64,000 bases of DNA from NCBI GenBank assembly GCA_963798845.1, contig CAWCUS010000004.1:160001-224000 (forward strand), in the 5' to 3' direction. The position numbers and the translations under genes were made by a program. The notes beneath the pieces were generated by a model that saw only the letters and a list, made by a program, of their open reading frames with translations, searched no databases and had not been told where the DNA came from. The stretch is from an uncultured Gemmatimonadales bacterium (GTDB lineage: Bacteria > Gemmatimonadota > Gemmatimonadetes > Longimicrobiales > RSA9). Shown piece after piece: positions 62,979-64,000 of this stretch (its first letter is position 1; every line of letters begins with the position of its first letter).

Positions 62979-64000
62979 TCACGGCTCGATCACGAGGCTC
63001 GCGTTCTGGTTCCCCCAGCCGTCCGCCACGACCCCCGGCGCACCCGGGGGCAGGTACCACTGTCCATCCACGACGAAGCCGAAGTGGTGGAGCCCCGGCT
63101 CCAGAACCACGTCCGCGATCCACACCGGCCCGCGATGCTCCATGGGCCGCGGCGACCAGCCGGTGAAGTCGCCTGAGACCGCGACCGTGGTCGCGTCGGG
63201 GACCCGCAGCGCAAGACGGACCCGGCGGCCGCCGTCCTCGGGGGGCCCGACGGCAGCGACCGGCGCCCGGGCGGACGTCACCTCCATCGCGCGAATGCTC
63301 AGCGACAGCGTCACCGCGAAGCTGCCCTGGTTGCCGAACACCGGATCGCGCAGGCTGCGGCCGGCGTCGGCCCGGAGCAGGACACCGTCGGACAGGGACG
63401 CCGCGATGGTCACGCCGCCGCCCAGCGCCTCCTCGACGGGGTTCCGCTGCGCCTGAAGACGAAGCGCCGCGTTCCACCGGGGCGCCGTGTACGCCACCCC
63501 CGTCGTGGCTCCGAAGAATGCTCCTTCGACGGCGCCGTTGGAGACGTCGAGAGCGTCCGCCCCGACGCTGACCGCAACGCGACTTCCGGCGTGCTGGATC
63601 TCCACGCTGCCGCCCCCGAAATGGAGGCTTCCCTCGAGCGACTCGGAAGTCCAGGAGCCGGCGCTCCACACGGGTTCCGCCACGACGACGACGGGGCCGG
63701 CGGTGAACGTGATCGCGCCCTGGAGCCCGGCGCCCGCGGCCGAGTACGCGAACGGATCGAGATAGCGGAGACCGAAGGTGGTCGCCCCCAGGCGCACCGC
63801 GGCCGTTCCGAGTCTGTGGCCGAGGAACAGGCCGGCATCGCCCTGGAGCCACCGCCCCTCGTTCCCGGAGGCGGCCTCGCCGTACCTGCCCGAGGCCGCA
63901 GCCGACAGCGGGCCCGCGGAGGCGACGACGCGGCCGCCGAGCGTTCCGAACAGCGTGGCTTCGCCGCCGACGCCGGCCGGCGGGCGGGCATCGCTCCCCG
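62979..64000 (-). CDS. Outer-membrane beta-barrel-like protein with C-terminal glycogen-binding (CBM48/AMPK-like) domain; start probably beyond the window
   Basis: Frame stays open upstream of 63797 (...WLQGDAGLFLGHRLG...) with alternating beta pattern; VAVSGDFTGW, PGLHHFGFVVDGQW, DGWG. Confidence 0.75.
   Translation of the reverse strand, partial: GSDARPPAGVGGEATLFGTLGGRVVASAGPLSAAASGRYGEAASGNEGRWLQGDAGLFLGHRLGTAAVRLGATTFGLRYLDPFAYSAAGAGLQGAITFTAGPVVVVAEPVWSAGSWTSESLEGSLHFGGGSVEIQHAGSRVAVSVGADALDVSNGAVEGAFFGATTGVAYTAPRWNAALRLQAQRNPVEEALGGGVTIAASLSDGVLLRADAGRSLRDPVFGNQGSFAVTLSLSIRAMEVTSARAPVAAVGPPEDGGRRVRLALRVPDATTVAVSGDFTGWSPRPMEHRGPVWIADVVLEPGLHHFGFVVDGQWYLPPGAPGVVADGWGNQNASLVIEP

Overview
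Very GC-rich (roughly 70%, by eye) bacterial chromosomal segment; the gene content, especially the tandem kinase-TM-TolB-propeller genes, suggests Gemmatimonadota (inference). In order: (1) 1-12.4 kb, a B12-dependent acyl-CoA mutase/carboxyltransferase/AtuA-like/crotonase cluster whose mutase carries isobutyryl-CoA-mutase-type residues, with a decayed Doc/Fic remnant after meaB; (2) 12.5-15.3 kb, an apparently leaderless, operator-controlled DUF59/DUF1858/DUF2249 operon; (3) 17.3-23.1 kb, an uncharacterised sugar-phosphate cluster with a PRTase-kinase-like fusion, an APH-type kinase, a HAD protein, two histidine phosphatases and a circularly permuted clan GH-A glycoside hydrolase; (4) 23.3-34.0 kb, four tandem receptor-like Ser/Thr kinases with near-identical kinase domains and divergent sensors, one frameshifted; (5) 34-46 kb, miscellaneous genes (GNAT, PuuE-like, CgeB glycosyltransferase, RecQ, GH31, acyl-CoA dehydrogenase); (6) rng-rplU-rpmA; (7) a paa-like beta-oxidation operon; (8) lipoprotein-nfeD-floA, a 19-bp tandem repeat, tRNA-Leu(CAA), murB, a lytic transglycosylase and a truncated CBM48-like outer-membrane protein. 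No integrase, transposase, reverse transcriptase or CRISPR array was seen. All family calls come from motif recognition by eye, not database searches.
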